Origin: a bacterium
GTDB taxonomy: Bacteria; Patescibacteriota; Minisyncoccia; Phycocordibacterales; Phycocordibacteraceae
Length of the DNA: 64,000 nt
Reading direction: 5' to 3'
Assembly (NCBI GenBank): GCA_021802705.1
Contig: JAJZRL010000001.1
Location: 20,379-84,378, forward strand
The position numbers and the translations under genes were made by a program. Positions 46,070 to 54,266 of this stretch are shown in pieces. Under the pieces are notes generated by a model. It did not search any database. It saw only the letters and a program-made list of their open reading frames with translations, and was not told where the DNA came from. Each line of letters starts with the position of its first letter. The stretch's first letter is position 1.

Positions 46070-46729
46070 TCAGAGTTTCCCCACAAGACCGAGCCCCGGC
46101 TCAAGCGAGTCGTCCCCGGGTTCCCATGAAGCGGGACATACCTGCCCCTTATGCGTCTCGACGTACTGTGCGGCTTGAAGTTTGCGCAGCGTTTCCGCTG
46201 CCCTTCGTCCCATTGCCGTGTCATTGATTTCCATAGCGCGCAACACGCCGGAAGGATCGATGACGAAAGTCCCGCGCATCGCAAGACCTTCATCCGGCGT
46301 AAATGCCGCCTCGCCGCCTTCGACAAGGACTCCGAAAGCGTAGGAGAGCTTCCCGGAAGGATCCGCAGCCATCGGATATTCGATCTCTCTGATACCGGAA
46401 GAAACGTCATGCCACGCCTTGTGCGCGAAGACGGTATCCGAAGAGACCGAAACGATCTCGGCATTGAGCTCCTGGAATTTCGGATAGAGCTTTGCGAACT
46501 CTTCCAGTTCGGTCGGACAGACGAACGTGAAGTCGGCAGGATAGAAAACGAGTATGACCCACTTCCCCCTCATCTGTGAAAGGCTCGTGACCTTGATGGC
46601 GCCCTTCTGGTACGTCTCGAATTCGAAATCGGGGACGGTCTCTCCTACCTTCACCTGCGAGGCGTAATCCTGAACCGCGTCATGGAATTCGCCGCAGTGT
46701 TCACAGTAATTGCTTTTTGTTTCCTTCAT
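46070..46729 (-). CDS. 2-Cys peroxiredoxin (AhpC/Prx1 type) with short Cys-containing N-terminal extension
   Basis: FTFVCPTE peroxidatic Cys. Resolving Cys in VCPA. Confidence 0.85.
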   Translation of the reverse strand: MKETKSNYCEHCGEFHDAVQDYASQVKVGETVPDFEFETYQKGAIKVTSLSQMRGKWVILVFYPADFTFVCPTELEEFAKLYPKFQELNAEIVSVSSDTVFAHKAWHDVSSGIREIEYPMAADPSGKLSYAFGVLVEGGEAAFTPDEGLAMRGTFVIDPSGVLRAMEINDTAMGRRAAETLRKLQAAQYVETHKGQVCPASWEPGDDSLEPGLGLVGKL

Positions 46730-46768
46730 GGTTTTTGGTTATCGGCGGTTATGATACCATCGCGTCTG

Positions 46769-47641
46769 ATGGCGATACAAATACTCTGCGTCGCAGGACC
46801 AACCGCTTCGGGCAAATCCTCACGCGCGGTCGAAGAAGCGCTTGTGCGCGGCGGTGAGATTATTTCGGTCGATTCGCGGCAAGTGTATCGCGGGCTTGAT
46901 ATCGGAACTGAAAAAATAACCCATGAAGAGATGCGGGGTGTCCCGCACCACCTCATTGACATACGCGATCCGCGCGACGCTTATAGCGCCGGAGATTTCG
47001 TCAAAGATGCGACGCGGCTTATCAAAGACATCTCCGCGCGCAAGAAACTTCCCATCCTTGCAGGCGGGACGCATTTTTATTTTGATGCTTTACTGCGCGG
47101 TCTTCCGACGGATGTTGATGCGAATCCTGCGCTGCGTGCAGAACTCGAAAGACTTTCAAGCGAAGAATTGTATGCGCGGGTGGAGGCTGCTGACAAGCGC
47201 CGCGCGATCGAGCTTGATCCGCAGAATCGTCGGCGCCTCATCCGAGCTCTTGAGATTATCGAAACGAGAGGAGTCGTGCCACCGCGCGCCCAGAACGATG
47301 ACGGAGAGCCGCGTTATACGGTCGAATGGATCGTTATCGACCCGCCATGCGAAGAGTTGCGAGAAAAGATCGACGCGCGTCTCGCATCCGCAATAGCGCG
47401 CGGGCTCATCGATGAAGTACGGCGCGTGCGGGAGGAAGTTGGTGACGCCCGCTTGAACGAACTCGGCCTCGAATACCGAGTCACCGGTGAATTCCTCCGC
47501 TCGAACGTTGACTTGGCGGTTTCACCGCCAAGTCAGCTTGGCGGTGAAACCGCCAAGCTGCTCAATGCGTTGTCGGCAAAGCTCTGGCAGTATGCGCGTC
47601 GCCAGAAAGCATGGCTGCGCAAACTGGACCTCTCGAAATAG
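46769..47641 (+). CDS. miaA: tRNA dimethylallyltransferase
   Basis: ILCVAGPTASGKS P-loop, DSRQVYRGLDIGT motif. C-terminal YARRQKAWLRK. Start taken at MAIQIL (the track ORF start 46682 would overlap the divergent prx gene). Confidence 0.85.
   Translation: MAIQILCVAGPTASGKSSRAVEEALVRGGEIISVDSRQVYRGLDIGTEKITHEEMRGVPHHLIDIRDPRDAYSAGDFVKDATRLIKDISARKKLPILAGGTHFYFDALLRGLPTDVDANPALRAELERLSSEELYARVEAADKRRAIELDPQNRRRLIRALEIIETRGVVPPRAQNDDGEPRYTVEWIVIDPPCEELREKIDARLASAIARGLIDEVRRVREEVGDARLNELGLEYRVTGEFLRSNVDLAVSPPSQLGGETAKLLNALSAKLWQYARRQKAWLRKLDLSK
47512..47557. repeat. Two adjacent 21-nt perfect palindromes, mutually inverted, inside miaA 3' region
   Basis: CTTGGCGGTTTCACCGCCAAG (47512-47532) and CTTGGCGGTGAAACCGCCAAG (47537-47557), in frame (encoding ...LAVSPPSQLGGETAKLL...). 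Confidence 0.5.
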
Positions 47642-47663
47642 ACGGGCTCGGGATCCGGTCTCC

Positions 47664-48224
47664 CTATTGCGGCAATACTGTCGCGCCCGGACAGAAACTG
47701 AAGCCGAGGTTCAGTCCCGAAAATTGCGAATTAACTCGGTCGGGCACGCTAACCATATAGTCGAGCTGGCACATCTGAGCCTGTGTAATACCGAGACGAT
47801 TCATAAGGTACTGCTCTGCCTGTAATCGCACCGATCCTATCGGCTCTTGCAAGAGAGCGATATTGAAATAATGCGTTGTACTGATGTAGGTGATGATGTA
47901 GGGAGGATTCGCCGTTGCGGTCGGATCGGGAACACCCTCGCTTACATGATATCCGAGATAATAATAGCCTGTATTAATAGGATCTTTTACCGTTGTCGGG
48001 TCAGTGATGAAATTATTAGTCTGTACGGTTGAAGAAGTGCCACCGCTCCCGGTAGCCAAACTATTCGGCTGAGGAACGGAAGCTGCTGTAGGTAATCCGA
48101 CATTTTGATTAGTTGAAGAATCGGCTGTCTGTGTTCTCGGTCCGGCAAACGTAAAGGCGAGCGTAGCAAGTCCGCCTGCCACGAGTATCCCGACAATGAT
48201 GATGATTGTGACTGGTTTACTCAT
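47664..48224 (-). CDS. Hypothetical membrane-anchored/secreted protein (186 aa)
   Basis: N-terminal TM IIIIVGILVAGGLATLAF, then Ser/Thr/Pro-rich linker and a Tyr-rich globular part. Confidence 0.4.
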   Translation of the reverse strand: MSKPVTIIIIVGILVAGGLATLAFTFAGPRTQTADSSTNQNVGLPTAASVPQPNSLATGSGGTSSTVQTNNFITDPTTVKDPINTGYYYLGYHVSEGVPDPTATANPPYIITYISTTHYFNIALLQEPIGSVRLQAEQYLMNRLGITQAQMCQLDYMVSVPDRVNSQFSGLNLGFSFCPGATVLPQ

Positions 48225-48232
48225 ACTAATTA

Positions 48233-49159
48233 TTAAGGACCATACTGCTGTATGCAGGAGGCCGCTTTACTGTTGCAATTCGCGCAAGTCCAGTCCTTAT
48301 AGCCATTTTGTGATACTAATGTCTGTGCGACCTGTGCGTTACACGCCGCGTTCTGACAGCTTGAAAAGAAGTTGGAGCACGCACCTGTCGCGTATTTGTT
48401 CCAGGTTGTTTGTGTTATTTGAAAAGTGCCGCAGGCGGTCGAGTTAGAGCCGGGGTGCGTGGTGTTATAGGGAGGTGTACTAGGAATCCCAGAGCTCTCG
48501 GTCACCGCAATACAAGACATCACATTCGCTTGGGTCGCTGTAAACCCTGCCGCCTGCAAGGCTGCAGGACTGCATGCGGTATTGCCACTGGAACACTGTG
48601 CGAGAGTGCCGCCGCTTGGCGTGACGGTACTGCCGCTCACACTTACGCCTGACGGCGCTGTCGGTTGCGACACGGAACCGGCCTGAGGGAGACAAAACGG
48701 AGCGCCGCCAGAAGAGACGAGCGAGTACCAGGTGCCGCCGGCGGCCGCGGGGTTATAGAGCACCGCCATAACAGCGTCGACGATAAGCCACGCGGCGAGC
48801 GCAATGACGATACCGAGAATGGTGTTCAGCAAGATCGTCTTGGCACGGCCGATACCGTTCGGACTGAACGGATTTATAACATAGAGAAACCCGGCATACG
48901 CGATCATGATCGGAGCGACGAAAACGATGGCGAGCGTAATGAGGAGGCTTATGATGTTATTGACGACCGTCATGAGCATTCCCCAACCCGCGGGACAGGT
49001 GGCCTGGTTTGCGGTCTGGGGAATGATCGGACCGAAAAATGGTATCGCCGCATAGGCGAAATGCGGCAAAACAAACAATCCTATCGCAAAAACAGAAAGA
49101 AGAGTGGCGCGGAAGCGCATACGCATGTATATATAATACCGTATCGCAAAACCGCGCAC
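48233..49159 (-). CDS. Fusion protein: signal peptide + VirB2/TrbC-like two-helix pilin module + Ser/Gly linker + Cys-rich lysozyme-like (SLT-like) domain
   Basis: Two hydrophobic helices with basic loop (IISLLITLAIVFVAPIMIAYAGFLYVI...GRAKTILLNTILGIVIALAAWLIVDAV) like the small pilin paralogs at 58.5-61.2 kb. C-terminal VTESSG...STACGTFQIT resembles ES...GLMQ transglycosylase motifs. Ten Cys in the last 110 aa. Confidence 0.4.
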   Translation of the reverse strand: MRGFAIRYYIYMRMRFRATLLSVFAIGLFVLPHFAYAAIPFFGPIIPQTANQATCPAGWGMLMTVVNNIISLLITLAIVFVAPIMIAYAGFLYVINPFSPNGIGRAKTILLNTILGIVIALAAWLIVDAVMAVLYNPAAAGGTWYSLVSSGGAPFCLPQAGSVSQPTAPSGVSVSGSTVTPSGGTLAQCSSGNTACSPAALQAAGFTATQANVMSCIAVTESSGIPSTPPYNTTHPGSNSTACGTFQITQTTWNKYATGACSNFFSSCQNAACNAQVAQTLVSQNGYKDWTCANCNSKAASCIQQYGP

Positions 49160-49215
49160 GGCTTTTCCCCCACCCTTCTTTCTGCTATCGTTTCCTGGGT
49201 GAACGTAAATTATCC

Positions 49216-49289
49216 GGGCCTATAGTTTAGTGGCAGAACGTCGGTCTCCAAAACCGTCGGCCGAGGTTCGATTCCTCGTGGGCCCGCCA
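49216..49289 (+). tRNA. tRNA-Trp (anticodon CCA), CCA end encoded
   Basis: Loop CTCCAAA as in bacterial tRNA-Trp. GGTTCGATTCC T-arm. Confidence 0.8.
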
Positions 49290-49323
49290 ACAAATGCTCA
49301 TGCAAGTGTCATGGGGAGCGATT

Positions 49324-49360
49324 TTAAAAAACGAAACCGCTTACAAGAAGCGGTTTCGTT
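49324..49360 (-). terminator. Rho-independent terminator downstream of rpmG
   Basis: Minus-strand hairpin AACGAAACCGCTTCTTGTAAGCGGTTTCGTT followed by TTTTTTAAAAT. Confidence 0.5.
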
Positions 49361-49387
49361 GTCCCTGTTCGTGAACCTGTCCCTCCT

Positions 49388-49543
49388 TTATTTCTTTACC
49401 TCTTTGAAAGTAACGCGGGTGCGGAGCGTCGGGTCGAATTTAACAAGCTCTATCTTGCGCTCGACTTTCTTTTTGTTCTTACGAGTCCAGATGACGTGCT
49501 TCGATTTCGTGGACTTCAGTTTTATAAGGCGTTCTTGAGACAT
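49388..49543 (-). CDS. rpmG: 50S ribosomal protein L33 (51 aa; too short for the ORF track)
   Basis: Own translation MSQERLIKLKSTKSKHVIWTRKNKKKVERKIELVKFDPTLRTRVTFKEVKK, matching the L33 pattern (TRKNKKN.PERLELKKFDP..R.HV.FKE.K), non-zinc type. Confidence 0.7.
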   Translation of the reverse strand: MSQERLIKLKSTKSKHVIWTRKNKKKVERKIELVKFDPTLRTRVTFKEVKK

Positions 49544-49586
49544 ACGAATATCCTAGCACGTTTATGAGGAACCGCCAACCGGAATC

Positions 49587-52262
49587 TTAAGCAGGGACCG
49601 TCTTAGCGGCACGCGATGCCTTCGATGCCCGTTTTTTCACTTCGAAATACGGTTCGCCGTTCTTTAAGGAGACGACCGCCGTACCGCCCTCCATGAGACC
49701 TTGCTCGACCATGAGCGAAGCGAGCGGATTGAGTATCCTCTCTTGGATCGTGCGCCGCAGCGGCCGGGCGCCGTACTGAGGATTGTACCCTTTCTCGGCA
49801 AGCCATTCCCGAACCTCCTGATCCACGGTGAAGCTGATGCGTTTCTGCGCGAGCCGTTTCACCACGTCTTCTATCTGGTTGTCGACGATTTTCGCAAGCG
49901 CTTCCTTCGCGAGAACGTCGAATATGATGATGTCGTCGAGCCGGTTGAGGAACTCGGGACGGAAATGCTCCTTCAGCTCATCCATCACCTTTTCTTTCGT
50001 CTCTTCATAGCGGGAGGATTCGGTCTCATCCGCCTTCCCGAAGCCGATGTGCGCAAGCCTGTCGATGAATTCCCCGCCGATGTTTGATGTGAGCACGATG
50101 ATGGTGTTCTTGAAATTCACCCTCCGACCCTTGCCGTCGGTGAGATGACCGGAATCAAGCACCTGGAGAAGTATGTTGAACACTTCCGGATGGGCTTTCT
50201 CGATCTCGTCGAAGAGCACCACCGCGTAAGGGCGGTGACGGATGCGCTCGGTGAGCGTCCCCGACTCTTCATAACCGACGTAGCCCGGCGGCGCGCCGAT
50301 GAGCTTCGCCACCGAATGCTTCTCCATGAATTCGCTCATGTCGACGCGGACGAGAGCGTCGGCGTCGTTAAACATGAACTCCGCGAGTTTCCTCGAGAGC
50401 TCCGTCTTCCCGACGCCGGTCGGGCCGAGGAAAAGAAACGAGCCGATAGGGCGGTTGGGATCGCTGATCCCGACGCGCGAACGCTTAACCGCGTCCGTAA
50501 CCTTCCTGACCGCATCATCCTGGCCGATAATGCCCTGCTTGAGCGCGTCTTCCATGCGCGTAAGCTTTGCGGCCTCTTCTTCGAGCATCTTGGCGACCGG
50601 AATGCCCGTCCAGCGGGAGACGACCGCTGCGATGTCTTGCTCGGTAACCTCTTCGTTCAACACGCGCCGCGATTTCTGGAGGGTCTTCAAGCGCTTGAGC
50701 TTCGTTTCGAGGTCTTTCTGGATATGCGGGATCCGGCCGTAACGGATCTCTGCGACGGTTCCGAGATCGGCGGCGATTTCAGCATTATCAGCCTGCATCT
50801 TCAGAGCTTCGAGCTCTTTTTTCGCCGTACGGATGCCTTCGAGGACTTCTTTCTCGTTCTTCCACTTGAGCTCGAGCTCGCCGGTCTTCTCTTTGAGGTC
50901 CGCTGTCTCCTTGTCGATAAGCTTGATACGCTCTTTTATCTCCTTTCCGTGTTCGCCTTCCATGTCTTTCTGAAGCGCCTGCCGCTCTATCTCAAGCCGA
51001 CGGATCTTACGGTCGGTCTCTTCGAGAAGCGGGGGCTTGTTTTCAAGCGCGATGCGCAATCCGGAAGCCGCTTCGTCGACGAGATCGATGGCCTTATCGG
51101 GCAGGAAACGATCGCTGATGTAGCGAGCAGAGAGCTCGACAGCAGCAACGATGGCGCCGTCAGTGATGCGCACGCCATGAAAAAGCTCGTATTTGTCGCG
51201 CAAACCGCGCAAGATGGCGACCCCGTCCTCGACGGAAGGTTCCTGCACGAACACTGACTGGAAACGACGCGTGAGCGCAGCGTCCTTCTCGATATATTTC
51301 TGGTATTCCTTGAGCGTCGTCGCGCCAATGATGCGGATCTCGCCGCGCGAAAGGGCGGGCTTGAGCATATTGGATGCATCGAGCGAACCTTCGGCGCCTC
51401 CGGCTCCGACGAGCGTATGGAGCTCATCGACAAAGAGGATGATGTTTTCCGCGCGCTCCACTTCTTTCATCACGTTTTTCATGCGCTCTTCGAATTCGCC
51501 GCGATATTTCGTGCCGGCGATCATGAGTCCGAGGTCGAGCGAGAGGAGCTCTTTGCCTCGAAGCGACTCGGGAACGTCCTGGACCGCCATGCGCGCAGCG
51601 AGTCCTTCCGCGATCGCGGTCTTCCCGACTCCCGCTTCTCCGATAAGCACGGGGTTGTTCTTGGTGCGACGCGCAAGGATCTGGATCACGCGGTTGATCT
51701 CGATATCGCGCCCGATGACCGGATCGAGCTTATTCTCGGCAGCGAGCTTGGTGAGATTACGCGCGTACTTCGCAAGAGAACGGAAACGTTTCGGTTCCGC
51801 CGCCTGTCCGTCTTTCGAGCTCTTGATCTCCTTAAGGACGGCGAGCGCGGAATCGCGGGTTATTGAAAATCGCGCGAGTATATCGGCCGCCGGGCCGGGA
51901 AATTCGACGACCGCAAGGAAGAGATGTTCGGTACCGACGAAAGCCTCGTTCATGCGTGCGGCGATTTTTCCCGAAGCTTCGAGTGCTTGCGCGAGGTCGG
52001 GTGTGAGATAGATCTGATACGACGGCGAGAGCACGGAGGCGCTTTCGGGAGCCTCAAGATGTTCGAGTATCGAATCAGTAAGCAGAGCGGTATCGATCTC
52101 CATGCGGTCGAGCATGGAGAAAACGAGCGACTCTTCCTGCAGCACGAGCGCCGCGAGAAGATGGAGCGGCGAAACGTGGTTCTGGCCGCGTTCTATGGCA
52201 AGCTCATGCGCACGGCGCACGGCCTCTTTTGCTTTGGTAGTGAAATTAGTGAAGGGAGGCAT
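49587..52262 (-). CDS. clpB: ATP-dependent chaperone ClpB
   Basis: Two AAA+ modules (GEAGVGKTAIAEGLA..., LFLGPTGVGKTELSRKLA). Long coiled-coil M-domain. Confidence 0.9.
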   Translation of the reverse strand: MPPFTNFTTKAKEAVRRAHELAIERGQNHVSPLHLLAALVLQEESLVFSMLDRMEIDTALLTDSILEHLEAPESASVLSPSYQIYLTPDLAQALEASGKIAARMNEAFVGTEHLFLAVVEFPGPAADILARFSITRDSALAVLKEIKSSKDGQAAEPKRFRSLAKYARNLTKLAAENKLDPVIGRDIEINRVIQILARRTKNNPVLIGEAGVGKTAIAEGLAARMAVQDVPESLRGKELLSLDLGLMIAGTKYRGEFEERMKNVMKEVERAENIILFVDELHTLVGAGGAEGSLDASNMLKPALSRGEIRIIGATTLKEYQKYIEKDAALTRRFQSVFVQEPSVEDGVAILRGLRDKYELFHGVRITDGAIVAAVELSARYISDRFLPDKAIDLVDEAASGLRIALENKPPLLEETDRKIRRLEIERQALQKDMEGEHGKEIKERIKLIDKETADLKEKTGELELKWKNEKEVLEGIRTAKKELEALKMQADNAEIAADLGTVAEIRYGRIPHIQKDLETKLKRLKTLQKSRRVLNEEVTEQDIAAVVSRWTGIPVAKMLEEEAAKLTRMEDALKQGIIGQDDAVRKVTDAVKRSRVGISDPNRPIGSFLFLGPTGVGKTELSRKLAEFMFNDADALVRVDMSEFMEKHSVAKLIGAPPGYVGYEESGTLTERIRHRPYAVVLFDEIEKAHPEVFNILLQVLDSGHLTDGKGRRVNFKNTIIVLTSNIGGEFIDRLAHIGFGKADETESSRYEETKEKVMDELKEHFRPEFLNRLDDIIIFDVLAKEALAKIVDNQIEDVVKRLAQKRISFTVDQEVREWLAEKGYNPQYGARPLRRTIQERILNPLASLMVEQGLMEGGTAVVSLKNGEPYFEVKKRASKASRAAKTVPA

Positions 52263-52276
52263 GGCGGTTAAGGTGA

Positions 52277-53050
52277 TTAAGAAGATGTTGCGGTGGTTGA
52301 TGTTGCGGTGGTGGATGTCGCAGTGAGGAGCGCGGCTATCGCGTCTGCGGGGATGAGGAGGCCGGAAGACGCGCCGGCACCGATGCCGATAAGGTTGCCT
52401 GAGAGGTCGACGGCGCCGCTCCCTGCTCCGATATCCGGAAGCGTAGTATGTACGCTCTTCTCGCTTACCCGGGAAACGATGCCGGTCGCCGCAAATCCGT
52501 CGGCGCCTATGGCAAGCGCCGTCTCACCGAGCTTCAAGTCGCTTCCGGGGACGAGGGTCGAGGCATGCACTTTCGGGAGTTTCGCGGTATCGGCAAAACC
52601 GTAAATCGCGATGCCTTTTCCATCTCGCGAGAGCGACGCTGGATCGTACGAATTATCGGAGAACTCGACGAGAACGTCTTTCGGGAGGGCGTCTTGTGCC
52701 GCGGTAACGACGGCCCGCGCGTTCGGAAGATACGTCCCTACCGCGAGTGCCGGCGTCGATGTTCCATCCTTTGCGGAATACAGGGCGACAACGCGTTCCG
52801 CGTCTGATGCGAGAGCTGCCGTAACAAGGTCCTGAGTGGACGGTGCAGGAGCGGAAATGACGGCTGCCGGAGCAGCCTGAGCGACTGTCTCGATCGTGTG
52901 CTCGACGACACGGTTCACGGTCTGCGTAACGAAAGCCGGAGCATGATCGAGCAGCGAAACGGTCAGGATGCCGGTCGCTATCGACGTGACAAAATTCACG
53001 AGAATCGTGAGCAGTATGAGTTGGGATTTTGAGAGTTCCTCGATGTTCAT
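52277..53050 (-). CDS. Membrane-anchored trypsin-like (S1C/HtrA-like) peptidase-domain protein, divergent
   Basis: N-terminal TM. GAGSGAVDLSGNLIGIGAG resembles the GNSGGPL...VIGI serine motif. Ends in TSTTATSTTATSS repeat. Catalytic triad not confirmed. Confidence 0.35.
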   Translation of the reverse strand: MNIEELSKSQLILLTILVNFVTSIATGILTVSLLDHAPAFVTQTVNRVVEHTIETVAQAAPAAVISAPAPSTQDLVTAALASDAERVVALYSAKDGTSTPALAVGTYLPNARAVVTAAQDALPKDVLVEFSDNSYDPASLSRDGKGIAIYGFADTAKLPKVHASTLVPGSDLKLGETALAIGADGFAATGIVSRVSEKSVHTTLPDIGAGSGAVDLSGNLIGIGAGASSGLLIPADAIAALLTATSTTATSTTATSS

Positions 53051-53071
53051 AAGAAGTTACTCATAATGATG

Positions 53072-54208
53072 CTACCGACTCTCCTTTGTGTCAATAAACG
53101 CAACTGCCTGCGCAAGCGCACGGGAAAAACGCATGAGGTCGCGCGGACGGGTGCGGGGACCCCACGAGATACGCAGCGTCGTCCGAGCCCGTTCCCTATC
53201 GCCGGTCAAAGCGAAAACCGCACGCGAACCCTCCTCGGAATCAGTCTCGCAGGCGCTCCTCGATGAAACGGCAAAGCCAGCCTCATCAAGGAGCGCCAGA
53301 AGATAGTCGGTGTCTCGCCCCGGAAGAGCGAGATTGAGGATGTTCGGCGCTTGCAGACGTCCCTCTTGTATATATACGTCAGGTATGGCGTTCGTGATGT
53401 GTTCAACGACCCGTACCCGCTCGCGCAGGGCGGCAAAACGGAATGCTGCGCGGCCGGCAACGGCCGCTTCGAGAGAGCGCACGAAAGACTCGGCGAGATC
53501 GGGCGTTCCGGATCCCGGACGGAGACCTCGCTCTTGTCCGCCGCCTCGATAGAAAGGAGTCATCGGAATCGTACGGTGCGCGATCAAAGCGCCGATGCCG
53601 CGCGTCTTTCCGACTTTCGAAGCGTCAAACGTAAGCACATCCGCCCCGAAGTGCGCGCGTGAGATCTTTTCGGTAAGAGGCGCTTGGCTCGCGTCGACAT
53701 GGAGGAGCGCTCGCGGAACGCCATCGCCGTCGTGTGATTTTCGTAGCGTTTCCGCGACTTCGCGCGTATTCCACACCACCCCCGTCTCTCCGCACACCGC
53801 ATCCATGGAGACGAGGACGGTCCCCTTCCGCAACATTTTCGCGAGAACGTCGGTATCGACACGAGCATCCCGTATCGGCAGTTCGTCGACTTCAGCCCCC
53901 TCTTCGGCGAGAATGCGCATGTTCTCGACGATCGAGGCGTGCGCGCTTGGCAGATAGAGTATATGGATGTCTTTTTTGCCAGCCTTCCGCAGTGCCCGGA
54001 CGTGTCCGATGATTGCAAGAGCGTTCGCCTCGGTCGCGCCGCTCGTGAAGATGACGTCATCGGGCTTCGCCTCGACGAGCCGCGCGAGCCTCGTCCTCGC
54101 TCCTTCGAGCGCCTTCTTTGCATGACGGCCTTCTTCATGCGCCGACGAAGGATTTCCGACCTCTCCCGATGCGTAGTCGAGATATACCCGTCTCGCCATG
54201 AACGACAT
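53072..54208 (-). CDS. Cysteine desulfurase (class V aminotransferase, IscS/NifS-like)
   Basis: PLP-Lys context FDASKVGKTRGIGAL. Active-site Cys SSRSACE. N-terminal DYASGEV. Confidence 0.85.
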   Translation of the reverse strand: MSFMARRVYLDYASGEVGNPSSAHEEGRHAKKALEGARTRLARLVEAKPDDVIFTSGATEANALAIIGHVRALRKAGKKDIHILYLPSAHASIVENMRILAEEGAEVDELPIRDARVDTDVLAKMLRKGTVLVSMDAVCGETGVVWNTREVAETLRKSHDGDGVPRALLHVDASQAPLTEKISRAHFGADVLTFDASKVGKTRGIGALIAHRTIPMTPFYRGGGQERGLRPGSGTPDLAESFVRSLEAAVAGRAAFRFAALRERVRVVEHITNAIPDVYIQEGRLQAPNILNLALPGRDTDYLLALLDEAGFAVSSRSACETDSEEGSRAVFALTGDRERARTTLRISWGPRTRPRDLMRFSRALAQAVAFIDTKESR

Positions 54209-54266
54209 GCGTTCATTCTACGATACGATTGCAATCATGCAATTTCCGTGATGAAATAGGGACGCT

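Noticed and set aside
50145-52011. Plus-strand ORFs 50145..51257, 51193..52011 and others
   Set aside because: Antisense to clpB.
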